Below are positions 18,556 through 29,100 of a DNA stretch of 64,000 bases, one piece after another. The notes beneath the pieces are model-generated. The model did not search any database. It saw nothing but the letters and a program-made list of their open reading frames with translations, and was not told the DNA's origin. The stretch is from positions 4,650,001 through 4,714,000 of the forward strand of contig UYFQ01000001.1 of assembly GCA_900617105.1 (NCBI GenBank), written 5' to 3'. Position 1 is the stretch's first letter; each line of letters opens with the position of its first letter. Source of the stretch: Hydrurus foetidus. Lineage: Eukaryota. The position numbers and the translations under genes were made by a program.

Positions 18556-19698
18556 ATGCAGACGAAATTTAAATTGACGGTTGTTGCAGCACTGGTTGGC
18601 GTTGCCGGCTTCGCATCAGCCCAAGACATGGTCGTGAAAATCGGTCACGTCGGCCCTATCTCTGGCAGCATTGCTCACCTGGGCAAAGGCAACGAAAACG
18701 GCGCCAAGATGGCCATTGAAGATCTGAACGCCAAAGGCGTGATGATCGGCGGCAAAAAAGTCAAGCTCGAGCTGGCCGCTGAAGACGACGCTGCTGATCC
18801 AAAACAGGGCACCGCAGTTGCACAAAAGCTGGTCGACATGAAAGTTGCTGGCGTGATTGGCCACCTGAACTCAGGCACCTCAATTCCTGCATCAAAGATT
18901 TACAGCGCTGCTGGTATTCCACAAATCTCCCCATCAGCAACCAACCCAGCGTTTACCCGCGCTGGCTACAAAACCACGTTCCGCGTGGTGGCTGACGACG
19001 TGCATTTGGGCGGCACATTGGGCCGTTACGCAGTTAAAAACCTCAAAGGCAAGTCAATTGCAGTGATTGACGACCGTACCGCTTACGGTCAGGGCGTTGC
19101 TGAAGAGTTTGCCAAAGCAGTTAAAGCTGCTGGCGGAAACATTGTTGGTACCGAGTTCACCACCGACAAAGCCACCGATTTCATGCCAATTTTGACCACG
19201 CTCAAAGGTAAAAAGCCTGACGTGATCTTCTTCGGCGGCATGGACGCAGTTGCAGGCCCCATGATGCGCCAGATGAAGAACCTGGGGATCAAAGCCAAGT
19301 TCATGGGCGGTGACGGCATTTGCTCCAGCGAGCTGGTCAAACTGGCTGGCGACGGCATGGCCGACGGCCAAGTGGTTTGCGCAGAAGCGGGCGGCGTTGA
19401 AGGCACCCAAAAAGCCGGCATGGACAAGTTTTATGCTGACTACAAAAAGCGCTTCGGCATTGACGTGACTGTGTACGAGCCGTACGTGTACGACGCGCTG
19501 AACATCATGGTCGCAGCGATGGTTAAAGCCGGCTCGGCTGACCCAGCTGTGTACTTGCCAGTGCTGGCCAAAACCGCTGATTACAAGGGTGTGACCGGTA
19601 ACATCTCGTTTGACGAAAAAGGCGACGTGAAAAACGGCGCGCTGACCCTGTATACGTACAAGGCTGGCAAGCGTGACCAAATCGCTGTTATCCGCTAA
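18556..19698 (+). CDS. livK: Branched-chain amino acid ABC transporter substrate-binding protein
   Basis: Signal peptide, KIGHVGP, EDDAADPKQG, GHLNSG, SPSATNP and DDRTAYGQG. Confidence 0.9.
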   Translation: MQTKFKLTVVAALVGVAGFASAQDMVVKIGHVGPISGSIAHLGKGNENGAKMAIEDLNAKGVMIGGKKVKLELAAEDDAADPKQGTAVAQKLVDMKVAGVIGHLNSGTSIPASKIYSAAGIPQISPSATNPAFTRAGYKTTFRVVADDVHLGGTLGRYAVKNLKGKSIAVIDDRTAYGQGVAEEFAKAVKAAGGNIVGTEFTTDKATDFMPILTTLKGKKPDVIFFGGMDAVAGPMMRQMKNLGIKAKFMGGDGICSSELVKLAGDGMADGQVVCAEAGGVEGTQKAGMDKFYADYKKRFGIDVTVYEPYVYDALNIMVAAMVKAGSADPAVYLPVLAKTADYKGVTGNISFDEKGDVKNGALTLYTYKAGKRDQIAVIR

Positions 19699-19721
19699 TT
19701 AACCTGAGTAATCAGGCAATG

Positions 19722-19752
19722 AAAAAAGCCACCGCGAGGGTGGCTTTTTTTT
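19722..19752 (+). terminator. Rho-independent terminator (bidirectional form)
   Basis: AAAAAAGCCACC-gcgag-GGTGGCTTTTTTTT after livK. Confidence 0.9.
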
Positions 19753-19804
19753 GGCCCGCCTATCGCTTGTGGGGCTGCAGATCGCTTCAGCTCGATTCAC
19801 GAGT

Positions 19805-19858
19805 ACTATAAAATTAATAGCTGTTCGCGCTCGTATTTAATGAGATACGGCATTAAAT
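19805..19858 (+). repeat. Family-A motif, intergenic copy
   Basis: ACTATAAAATTAATAGC TGTTCGCGC TCGTATTTAATG AGATA CGGCATTAAAT. Confidence 0.75.
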
Positions 19859-20057
19859 AGCATTTAAAACGAGACAAAAATACTCAAAAATCAGCTTTCC
19901 CAATAAAAAATGCAGCACTCAACCGAATCACGCAAAACCAATAAAAGCGTTCACCGGTAACCTCAGCCCGCTGCGCATAAGCTAAGGGAATTTCTCGGGG
20001 TTCGAAGGCTTTGTATGCGGCAATAATCCATTATTACAAAAGCATAAGGACTGAACC

Positions 20058-22430
20058 GTGAAAACTCCCGCCCGCACTGCTCAATATTTAATCGCCCTCG
20101 TAACGGCGTTGCTGGGATCGGCGGCTTGCACCAGCCTGCCGCAAGGCAATACCTTCGCCACTGCTGGCGAGAGCGTTCGCATTATTCGCACCACACACGG
20201 CATTCCGCACGTCACCGCATCCAGCATGGAGATGCTGGGCTACGGCACCGCCTATGCCCATGCCCAAGACAATGTCTGCCAAAGCGTCGATGTGATGGCT
20301 ACGGTGCGTGGCCAGCGTTCGCAACACTTCGGCGCTACGGCTAATGGTGTGCTGGGTGTGCGCACTTTGCCCAATGCCGTCATTGACGCGTTTGTGCAGT
20401 CCCACATGAACGACGCCAAACTCAGCGCCAGCTGGGATGCGTCTAGCAAGAACAACCGGGCCATTGCCAAAGGCTATGTGGCGGGCTTTAACCGCTATTT
20501 GCAAGACAACGCGGGCAAGCTGCCTGCTGAGTGCAATGGCAAACCGTGGGTGCAGCCCATGACGCTGCTTGATATTTACCGCGCGACTGAAGCGATTCAG
20601 GTGCAGGCGGGTGCGGGTGCATTGGCTGACGCAATCGCCGCCGCAGCGCCACCTCTAAAGGCCGCTGCAAGGCCACCCGTGGGGCAGGGCAGTACGCTGG
20701 TGGATGAGCTCGCCTACGCGCAAGGTGCGCGCGAGCAACTGCGCGAGGCCGGTTTGCTGGACTCACCGCTGGGCTCTAACGCCTGGGCGTTCGGCAAACA
20801 AACCACGGCCAACGGCAGCGGCATGCTGCTGGGCAACCCCCACTACCCGTGGGTGGGCCCCAGCCGCTTTTATCAAATGCACCTGACGATTCCGGACCAG
20901 CTGGACGTGATGGGCGCAGCGCTGGGCTGGACAGCCGCCGTGCAGATTGGCTTTAACAAAGATGTGGCCTGGTCGCACACTGTGTCTACCGGCAAGCGCT
21001 TCACGCTGCACGAGTTAAGTTTGGTTTCTGGCAAGCCCACCACGTACCTCATCGACGGCAAAGAAGAGCCCATGGTCGCCCAAAAGGTGACGGTAGGCGG
21101 ACGCGAGCAAACTGTATGGACCAGCCGGTTTGGCCCGATTCTCGTCATGCCGCGTGCAGGCTTGACCTGGTCGACAGAACGCGCCTACGCCATTCAAGAT
21201 GCCAATGCTGGCAGCGTGCGCTCAACCGACATGTACGTCCAGTTTGCCAAAGCGCGCAGCGTGGCTGACTTGCGCAGCGCCTTGAACACGCTGGGTACGC
21301 CGTTCGTCAACACCATTGCCGCTGACCGCGCTGGCGATGCCATGTATGCCGATGTCAGCGGTGTGCCTGATCTTGAATTGGCAGATATTCAGCGCTGCGC
21401 CCCGAGCCGCCCCGCTGCGGCCCTGCTGGGCGCAGCCAACCTGGTGGTGCTCGACGGCTCACGCAGCGACTGCAACTGGAAGCGCGACACTTCATCACCG
21501 GTACCGGGCCTGATCGCACCGGCCCGTATGCCCGTGGTGGTGCGGCAAGACTGGGTGCACAACAGCAACGACAGCTTTGCCTACACCCGGCCAGATTACC
21601 AGTGGGGCCCGGTATCGGTCATGGTGGGTGACGACGTGGTGCGCCGTTCGCGTACGCGCTCCGGCTTGATTGAAATCCCGGAAATGCTGGCTCGAGGCAA
21701 AGCGACACTGGCAGGCATCCAGACCCAATTGTTTGACAACCGCAATCTCGTCGCCCAAATGGTGTTGCCCGATTTGTTGGCCGCTTGCCCCCAAGCGCCG
21801 AGCGCAGAGGCCAAAGACGGCTGCGCTGCGCTTAAAACCTTTCATGATGCGGGAATGCGCAACAACGCCGATGCAAAAGGCGCACCTTTGTTCAGAGAGT
21901 TTTGGCGCACCGCCAGCACGATTCCGAACGTCTACCGTGAGCCATTTGACAAGGTCCGCCCAGTCGCCACACCCGCAGGCCTGCGCATGAGCGACGCAGC
22001 CACGGCAACCCGCATGTGGGACGCTCTTGCTGGGGCAGTGAAAAAAATACGCGACGCAGGCTTTGCTGTCGATGCACCGCTGGGGCTGGTTCAACGCGTG
22101 GTGTTTTCAAACGACAGCATTCCCTTGCACGGCGGCGATGAGATAGAAGGCGTGCTCAACAACGTGGGCGACCGTGCGCTGCCCGGCATCAGCAGCGCTG
22201 GCATCCGCATCGACTACGGCACCAGCTATGTGCAAACCGTGACATTCGACGAGCGCGGCCCAGTGGCGCAGGCGCTGCTGGTGTACGGCCAAAGCAGCAA
22301 CCCAAGTTCGCCGCATCAAACAGACCAGTTGCGCCAGTACGCTGAAAAACGCTGGCCACAACTTCCGTTTCACCCAGAAGACGTGGAACGCCAACGCATA
22401 GCGCCCACTCTGGTTTTGATTAAGCCCTGA
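20058..22430 (+). CDS. Penicillin acylase family Ntn-hydrolase (PvdQ/AHL-acylase-like), probable lipoprotein
   Basis: RTTHGIPHV, GTAYAHAQDN, GSNAWAFG (N-terminal Ser nucleophile), LLGNPHYPW, HNSND and YGQSS. Lipobox-like GSAAC. Confidence 0.9.
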   Translation: MKTPARTAQYLIALVTALLGSAACTSLPQGNTFATAGESVRIIRTTHGIPHVTASSMEMLGYGTAYAHAQDNVCQSVDVMATVRGQRSQHFGATANGVLGVRTLPNAVIDAFVQSHMNDAKLSASWDASSKNNRAIAKGYVAGFNRYLQDNAGKLPAECNGKPWVQPMTLLDIYRATEAIQVQAGAGALADAIAAAAPPLKAAARPPVGQGSTLVDELAYAQGAREQLREAGLLDSPLGSNAWAFGKQTTANGSGMLLGNPHYPWVGPSRFYQMHLTIPDQLDVMGAALGWTAAVQIGFNKDVAWSHTVSTGKRFTLHELSLVSGKPTTYLIDGKEEPMVAQKVTVGGREQTVWTSRFGPILVMPRAGLTWSTERAYAIQDANAGSVRSTDMYVQFAKARSVADLRSALNTLGTPFVNTIAADRAGDAMYADVSGVPDLELADIQRCAPSRPAAALLGAANLVVLDGSRSDCNWKRDTSSPVPGLIAPARMPVVVRQDWVHNSNDSFAYTRPDYQWGPVSVMVGDDVVRRSRTRSGLIEIPEMLARGKATLAGIQTQLFDNRNLVAQMVLPDLLAACPQAPSAEAKDGCAALKTFHDAGMRNNADAKGAPLFREFWRTASTIPNVYREPFDKVRPVATPAGLRMSDAATATRMWDALAGAVKKIRDAGFAVDAPLGLVQRVVFSNDSIPLHGGDEIEGVLNNVGDRALPGISSAGIRIDYGTSYVQTVTFDERGPVAQALLVYGQSSNPSSPHQTDQLRQYAEKRWPQLPFHPEDVERQRIAPTLVLIKP

Positions 22431-22448
22431 GTTTAAGGTGCTGATATT

Positions 22449-22502
22449 GCTATTAAAAAAGAATCTGCTCGCGCCCGTATTAATTTGGCTACAGCACTGA
22501 AA
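22449..22502 (+). repeat. Family-A motif, intergenic copy
   Basis: GCTATTAAAAAAGAATC TGCTCGCGC CCGTATTAATTT GGCTA CAGCACTGAAA. Confidence 0.85.
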
Positions 22503-22554
22503 CGTGCCTCGAATCAGGCTTAAATGGCGTAAAAGCGCTGTTTGCACACTGAAA

Positions 22555-22586
22555 ATAAAAAACCACCTCAAAAGGTGGTTTTTTAT
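22555..22586. terminator. Bidirectional rho-independent terminator
   Basis: ATAAAAAACCACCT-caaa-AGGTGGTTTTTTAT. Confidence 0.88.
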
Positions 22587-22785
22587 TGGCTTTTCAAGTT
22601 GTTCTCTGGCGTAATTGACGTCCCCGTACTATCCGTTTAAATCAATTTAATACAGTCCAAATTGTTTCCACAGCTGATTGATTTAATTCAAGTAATTAAT
22701 TTAACAGTTCAAACTCTTACATTTTCATTCATCTCTGACCTGTGTTTTTGTGGGTAAATTTGCGAGCACCGATAAGTGTTCCGCC

Positions 22786-24019
22786 ATGCCCAAATTAGCC
22801 TTCACCACTGACCGCCAATTGCGTTCAGCAAAACCCCGATCTAGTGATTACCGCATTGGTAGTGGTGGGCGGCTTTACTTGCGAATCACATCCACCGGGT
22901 TCAAGTATTGGCAGGTTCGGTTTTACAAGTCAAACGGCATAGAAGGCTTGCATCAATTTGGCAGCTACCCCGCTACCAGCGTTATTGAAGCTAGGGCGCA
23001 ACTGGTGCTGCTGTTGCCCGCACTCGTGGCGGGCCGTCCGTCAGGGGTAGTTGCAGCGCGTCAGGCAGCGCGCAAGGCCGAAAAAGCAGCGTTGACTTTT
23101 GACGAGTGTGCTGCTCAATTTATTGAAGCTAAACGCCACGAGTGGAAAAACTCCAAGCATTCGCAACAGTGGCAAAACACGTTTCGTCAGCACGTCAGTC
23201 CGGTATTTGGCGACAGAGCTATTGGGTCTTTGATTCGCGATGATGTGTTTCATTGCTTGGCGCCGATTTGGTTAACCCGAAATGAAACCGCTTCTCGTCT
23301 GCGCGGCAGAATTGAATCACTCGTCGACTGGGCCAAAGCCAAGGATTTGTTCGTGGGAGACAACCCAGCAATGTGGAAAGGCGGATTGCAGAACCTATTG
23401 GCAGCACCTTCAAAGACGCAGAAAGTCGTTAATCATCCTTCGTTGCCCTATGCGGAATTACCTGCTTTTTTCAAAAAATTGCAGGGTATGCCGGGTTTAG
23501 GCGCGATTGCACTGCAGTTTCGATTTTGACGGCTTCTAGGACGAGCGATGTGTTGGGAGCGCAGTGGCGTGAAATCAAGCAATTGTCTAGTTATCCAGAC
23601 GATCAAAGTGAGCATGCCGTTTGGATCATTCCCCAAGAGCGGATGAAAGCGGGGGGAAACACCGGGTTCCGTTATCTGGGTCTGCAGTCAAATTGCTAGG
23701 GGAGATTGAGCGCCGGGGGCCATATGTTTTTGCAAACGCAGTGGCGGGTGACCGAGCCATGAGCAAGATGGCTTCGGCGATGTTGCTGCGGCGAATCACT
23801 CCAGAGCCCGGCACGGCACCGATAACAATTCACGGTGTCCGGTCGAGATTTCGAAATTGGGCAGCTGAGCAGACCAGCTACCCGAGGGATGTTTGCGAAC
23901 ATGCGCTTTCACACCGGTTGCCTGACAAGGTCGAGGCCGCGTATCTTCGATCTGATCTTCTGGACAAGCGACGACTGTTAATGCAGGACTGGGGGCGGTT
24001 TTGTTTAGGAATCGCGTGA
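22786..24019 (+). pseudogene. P4-type tyrosine integrase with two frameshifts
   Basis: Arm-binding N-terminus (GGRLYLRI...GSYPATS). The frame shifts near 23521 to ILTASRTSDVLGAQWREI...WIIPQERMKAG. It shifts again at the G-run near 23651 to KHRVPLS...HGVRSRFRNWAAE...EHALSH...AAY. Confidence 0.92.
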
Positions 24020-24333
24020 CTGCAATTGAGAAAAGCTGCGGTCCACAGAACCCATTGCCCGCTGAAGCTGCCCGTTTCTGGTCTCATAAATTCTTGTAGC
24101 TGCAAATCGATGCAAGCCGAACGAGGCTTGGGCACCTGTAACGGCTGCGCTCACCGTCAAAACCGCTCGTTACGGCGTCCTTTCGTCCCTGCGCAGCAAC
24201 AAAAAGTTGTCCAATACTGCACAGAATGCGGCTGTTACAGGCTGAAAGCCCTACAAACCGCAGGTAAACCCTTGAACTCTGTAAGCTTAACTTTACGATT
24301 GTGACAATTTACGTAAATTCCAGGTGAGCCGCA

Positions 24334-26088
24334 GTGGGTAATTGTCCAAGTTTTAAGTCGAATTTGCCGCGCAGCAGCATCGCGATCGCCTTGCACGCTT
24401 TGGTGTGGGCCAGTCTGCTGGCCAGCGCCGCCCACGCCCAGGTCAACCCACCCACGATTGACCCCAGCTCCGAGCAGCGCCGCCAACTTGAGCGTGAACG
24501 TGCCGCTCGTGAAAAGCAAGAACCCCGCGTAGATGTTCAGCCGCCCGTTGCTGACCCCGCCCAAATCCGGCTGCCGGTTGCTGAAACCCCCTGCTTTGAC
24601 ATCACACAGATCACCTTGCGCGGTGACGCCGCTGACCGTTTCGATTGGGCGTTGAACGCGCTAAGCGGCCCGCAAAACGACGACAGCCCCATTGGCAAAT
24701 GCCTAGGGGCGCAGAGCATCAATGTGTTGCTGCAGCGCGCCCAAGACGCCTTGGTAGCCAAAGGCTTTGTGACCAGCCGCATACTGGCCGAGCCGCAAGA
24801 CCTCAAACCCGGCGTGCTGGCGCTTACCGTCATTCCGGGGCGCATTCGCGCCATCCGCTTTGCCGAAGGCACCAGCCTGCGCGCCACTGCCCGCAACGCC
24901 ATTGCTGCCCGGCTAGGTGACTTGTTAAACCTGCGCGACATTGAGCAAGGCCTGGAGAACTTCAAACGCGTGCCCACGGCTGAGGCCGACATCAAGATTG
25001 AACCCGCCGACGGGCCAGACGCCCAACCCGGCTACAGCGACTTGGTGATCAGCTGGCAGCAAACCCCGCCGTTTCGCATCAGCTTATCGGCCGATGACAG
25101 TGGCAGCAAAGGCACCGGTAAATACCAAGGCAGTTTGACCCTCAGCTACGACCACTTCTGGACTTTGAATGATTTGTTCTACATCACCTTAAACCGTGAT
25201 TTGGGCGGTGCCGATGTCGGCCCACGGGGCACCAAAGCGCGCACGGTGCATTACTCTATTCCGTTCGGGAACTGGAGTTTGGCCGCCACTGCCAGCAACA
25301 GTCGATATTTCCAAACCGTCTTTGGTGCCAGCCAAAACTATATTTACAAAGGAACGAGCAGCAATGCCGAAGTCAAGCTGTCTCGCCTAATCTTCCGCGA
25401 TGCCAGCCGCAAAACCACGCTGGCCTTACGCAGCTTTCAGCGCAAGTCCAACAATTACATTGATGACACCGAAGTACAAGTTCAGCAACGTATAGTGGGC
25501 GGCTGGGAAGCCAGTGCCAGCCACCGCGAGTTTGTCGGCAGCGCCACTGTAGACGCCAACCTGGCCTACAAGCGTGGCACTGGCGCGTTCGGTTCACTGC
25601 CCGCCCCTGAAGAAGCCTTTGGCGAAGGCACCTCGCGCTTTGCGCTGATCACCTTTGACGCCAACGTCAACGCACCGTTTAGCCTTGGCAACCAAAAACT
25701 CAAGTACAGCGGCGCATGGCGGATTCAACATAATCGCACGCCCCTGACGCCGCAAGACCGGTTTGCGATTGGTGGTCGCTTCAGCGTGCGCGGCTTTGAC
25801 GGCGAGGGCAGCCTGTCCGCCGAGCGCGGCTGGACGGTGCGCAACGAAATGAGCCTGCAGGTAGGACAAACCGGCCAAGAGATTTACACCGGACTGGACG
25901 TCGGCCACGTGGGTGGACCTAGCAGCGCCAATCTGATTGGCGAAAGCCTCGCCGGTGCGGTGATAGGCGTGCGCGGTGCCTTGCAGGGCGTGCAATACGA
26001 AGCCTTTATAGCCACTCCCGTTCACAAACCAGCTGGCTTCAGAACAGCTGGCAAGACGCTTGGCTTTAGTTTGAATTACAGCTTTTAA
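24334..26088 (+). CDS. cdiB: Two-partner secretion transporter, ShlB/FhaC/HecB (CdiB) family
   Basis: POTRA domains (KGFVTSR, LNLRDIEQGLEN), DDSGSKGTG, IGGRFSVRGFDGE and terminal F. Exact start uncertain. Confidence 0.93.
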   Translation: MGNCPSFKSNLPRSSIAIALHALVWASLLASAAHAQVNPPTIDPSSEQRRQLERERAAREKQEPRVDVQPPVADPAQIRLPVAETPCFDITQITLRGDAADRFDWALNALSGPQNDDSPIGKCLGAQSINVLLQRAQDALVAKGFVTSRILAEPQDLKPGVLALTVIPGRIRAIRFAEGTSLRATARNAIAARLGDLLNLRDIEQGLENFKRVPTAEADIKIEPADGPDAQPGYSDLVISWQQTPPFRISLSADDSGSKGTGKYQGSLTLSYDHFWTLNDLFYITLNRDLGGADVGPRGTKARTVHYSIPFGNWSLAATASNSRYFQTVFGASQNYIYKGTSSNAEVKLSRLIFRDASRKTTLALRSFQRKSNNYIDDTEVQVQQRIVGGWEASASHREFVGSATVDANLAYKRGTGAFGSLPAPEEAFGEGTSRFALITFDANVNAPFSLGNQKLKYSGAWRIQHNRTPLTPQDRFAIGGRFSVRGFDGEGSLSAERGWTVRNEMSLQVGQTGQEIYTGLDVGHVGGPSSANLIGESLAGAVIGVRGALQGVQYEAFIATPVHKPAGFRTAGKTLGFSLNYSF

Positions 26089-26135
26089 ATTTATTTTGCG
26101 CCAGCACCCGACTTAACGAAATCAAGAGAATCACC

Positions 26136-29100
26136 ATGAACAAGCACCTGCACCGCATTATTTTTAACGCCAATCGTGGTCAGTTGATGGTCGTCGCGGA
26201 GCGTGCCACCTCTCAGGGCAAGGCCGCCAGCGGCGAGCGCGGCGCTACGTCGGGCGGCGTTGGCGTTGTTATGGCAAGCAGGCTGACTTCCTTACGACCC
26301 GTTTGTTTGGGCGTACTGGCCAGTTTAGGTATGGTGCTCTTCACCGCTGGTTTGTCGACTGGCAGCAGCGCGCAAGCGCAAATCGTGGTGGATCGCAATG
26401 CGCCGGGCAGCCAACGCCCCACCGTGCTGACCAGCGGCAACGGCGTACCGGTCGTCAATATCCAGACGCCCAGCGCCGGGGGCGTGAGCCGCAACACTTA
26501 CAGCCAGTTTGATGTCAACGGCAACGGCGTGATCCTGAACAACAGCCGGGTCAACACACCGACGCAATTGGGTGGCTACGTGCAAGGCAACCCATGGTTG
26601 GCCAACGGCGGTGCCCGTGTCATCCTGAACGAACTCAACTCATCCGCGCCCAGTCAACTGCGCGGTTACATCGAGGTTGGCGGCCAACGCGCTGAGGTGA
26701 TCGTGGCTAACCCGGCCGGGGTAGCGATAGATAGGGCGGGCTTTATCAATGCCAGCCGGGTAACGATCACCACCGGCAGCGCGCAAATTAATGGCGGCAG
26801 CTTAGAGGGCTATTTGGTGCAGCGAGGCCAAGTCACGATTAACGGCAAAGGCCTTGACACCAGTACCGCTGACTACACCGCGATATTGGCGCGTGCTGTA
26901 CAGGTCAACGGGGGTATTTGGGCCAAAGAGTTGAACATTACTGCAGGTACTAACCAAATCAGCGCGTCTGAAGGCGGCGCGCCTGCAGTGTCGGGCAGTA
27001 CGCAAGGCCAAGGCGCTGCGCCTTTATTCGCATTGGACGTGTCAGCGCTGGGCGGTATGTACGCGGGCAAGATTTTGCTGATCGGTACCGAAGCGGGTGT
27101 GGGTGTGCGCAGCGCGGGCACGATTGGCGCCAGTGCGGGCCAAGTACAGATCAGTGTCGACGGGATGCTGACGAACATTGGCAGTATTCAGGCCGCTAAC
27201 GCTGCAGGTAATCCCGCTGACGTTCTCATCAACACTACCGGCGCAGTACAAAACAGCGGCACGATCTACGCTGCTGGAAGCACCAACATTGCTGCTGTGG
27301 GCAGCATCACCAACAGCGGGTTCATTGCCGCTCAAAACAACACGACAGTTCTGGCCAGCGGGGCTGGTGCGCTGATTAACGCCACCACTGGCTCTGTTAC
27401 CGCCAGCGGTTTAAATGCAAATGGCAGCCTGCGCAGCACAGGTGATTTGATTGTTGTAGCCAGCACGTCGGTGGCCATGCAAGGCACCAGCGCGTCTGCG
27501 GGCAGCACTTCTGTGTCCGGAACGCAACTCAACTTAAGCGATGCCAAAGTCTCGGGCGCGAATATCGCACTGACCGCCACCAACGGAAATTTAGACGCCA
27601 GCCGTGCTAGCGTTAATACCCAAGGCACACTGTCTGCCAGTACTGACCAGGTGCTGCGCACTAACGGCGCCAAAATAGAAGGTAGCCAGATCACTGTCAA
27701 CGCACATGATGTGTCCAATGTGGCTGGCCAGATCACTCAATATGGCAGCGGCGATCTGCGAATTGCGTTAGTCGGAAATCTGGACAACACGTCAGGCCGC
27801 ATCGCCACAAACAGCCAAAATATGAGCTTGGGCACGGCGACCCTGACCAATACTGACGGCACGATTGAGCACGCTGGTAGCGGCACCCTTGCCATAAACG
27901 CCACCACTTTGAACGGGCAACGCGGCAGCACCATTAGCAATGGCGCGCTGCTCGTCAATGCTGGTGCGGTTAACCTGAACAGCGCTACCACCAGCGCAGC
28001 TCAAATAACGCTGAACACGACCACTTTAAGCAACCGTTCGGGCACCATCAGCCAAACGGGTATCGGCCAAACCACTCTCGCCGCCAGCCAAGCACTTGAC
28101 AATACCGCAGGCAAGATAGAGACAAATGGCAGCGCTGCAATCAGCGCCGCAGTTTTGATCAATGCCCAAGGCCGTATCACCACAACGAAAAGTGCCACCG
28201 TTTTAGCCAGCTCTAGCCTGGACAACACCGACGGCACCATCGGCGCGGCACAAAACATCACGCTGACCGGCGGCATGATCAATAACACGCGTGGCAATCT
28301 GCAAGCTGCTGCGGGCAACGCGACGCTGCAGGTCACCGACCTCAACAACACCGCAGGCAGCGTGTTTGCCGGTGCCAACCTAAGCGCCAACGCCACCAAC
28401 ATGACCAACACCGGCAGTCTGTATGCAGCAGGCAGGCAAACACTGAATGTCACGGGGGCAATCATCAACACCGGCACGATTGCTGCGATGGGCGACACCA
28501 CCCTCACTGCCAACAGTCTTAACAGCGGGGCATCCGGCTTGCTGGGCGCTGGCATCAAGGCGGACGGTAGTTTGGCCACCAACGGCAAGCTAGGCGTCAC
28601 AACCGTACAAGGCTTGACTGCTTTGGGCCAAAACCTTGCCGCCGGTGATGCAGCGATAAGCGGAGCCACCGTCGATTTAACTGCCAGTCAAACCAGCGCA
28701 GTCAATATTAAATTAACCGCCACTGGCAGCGAAGTCATCACCAGCAAAGCAACCATTACCGCGCAAGCGGCGTTGGCAGTCGATGCCCGTGGGCAGAGCA
28801 ACGCGCGCTGGATCAACAACAAAGGCGTGGTGAGTGCAGGTCAGCTTAATGCACAAGTCGCCAGCTTGGACAACACGTATGGCGAGATCGTGCAGACCGG
28901 CACCGGCAGCACCAGCATCGCGCTGACCTCGGCCACAGGCGTCTTGGACAACACATCAGGCCGGATCGCGGTGAATAGCGCTAATTTGACGCTTAGCGCC
29001 AATACCCTGACCAACACAGACGGCACTATTCAACAAGCTGGCGTCGGCACGCTGGCTATCAATGCGAACGCTTTAAACGACCAGCGCGGCCGCATTACCG

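Noticed and set aside
23645..23660. Programmed frameshift or phase variation at the integrase G7 run
   Set aside because: An independent upstream frameshift near 23521 already truncates the protein, so slippage here could not restore it.
24020..24333. Riboswitch or ORF upstream of cdiB
   Set aside because: No recognisable aptamer consensus, and the 92-aa TTG ORF has no motif.
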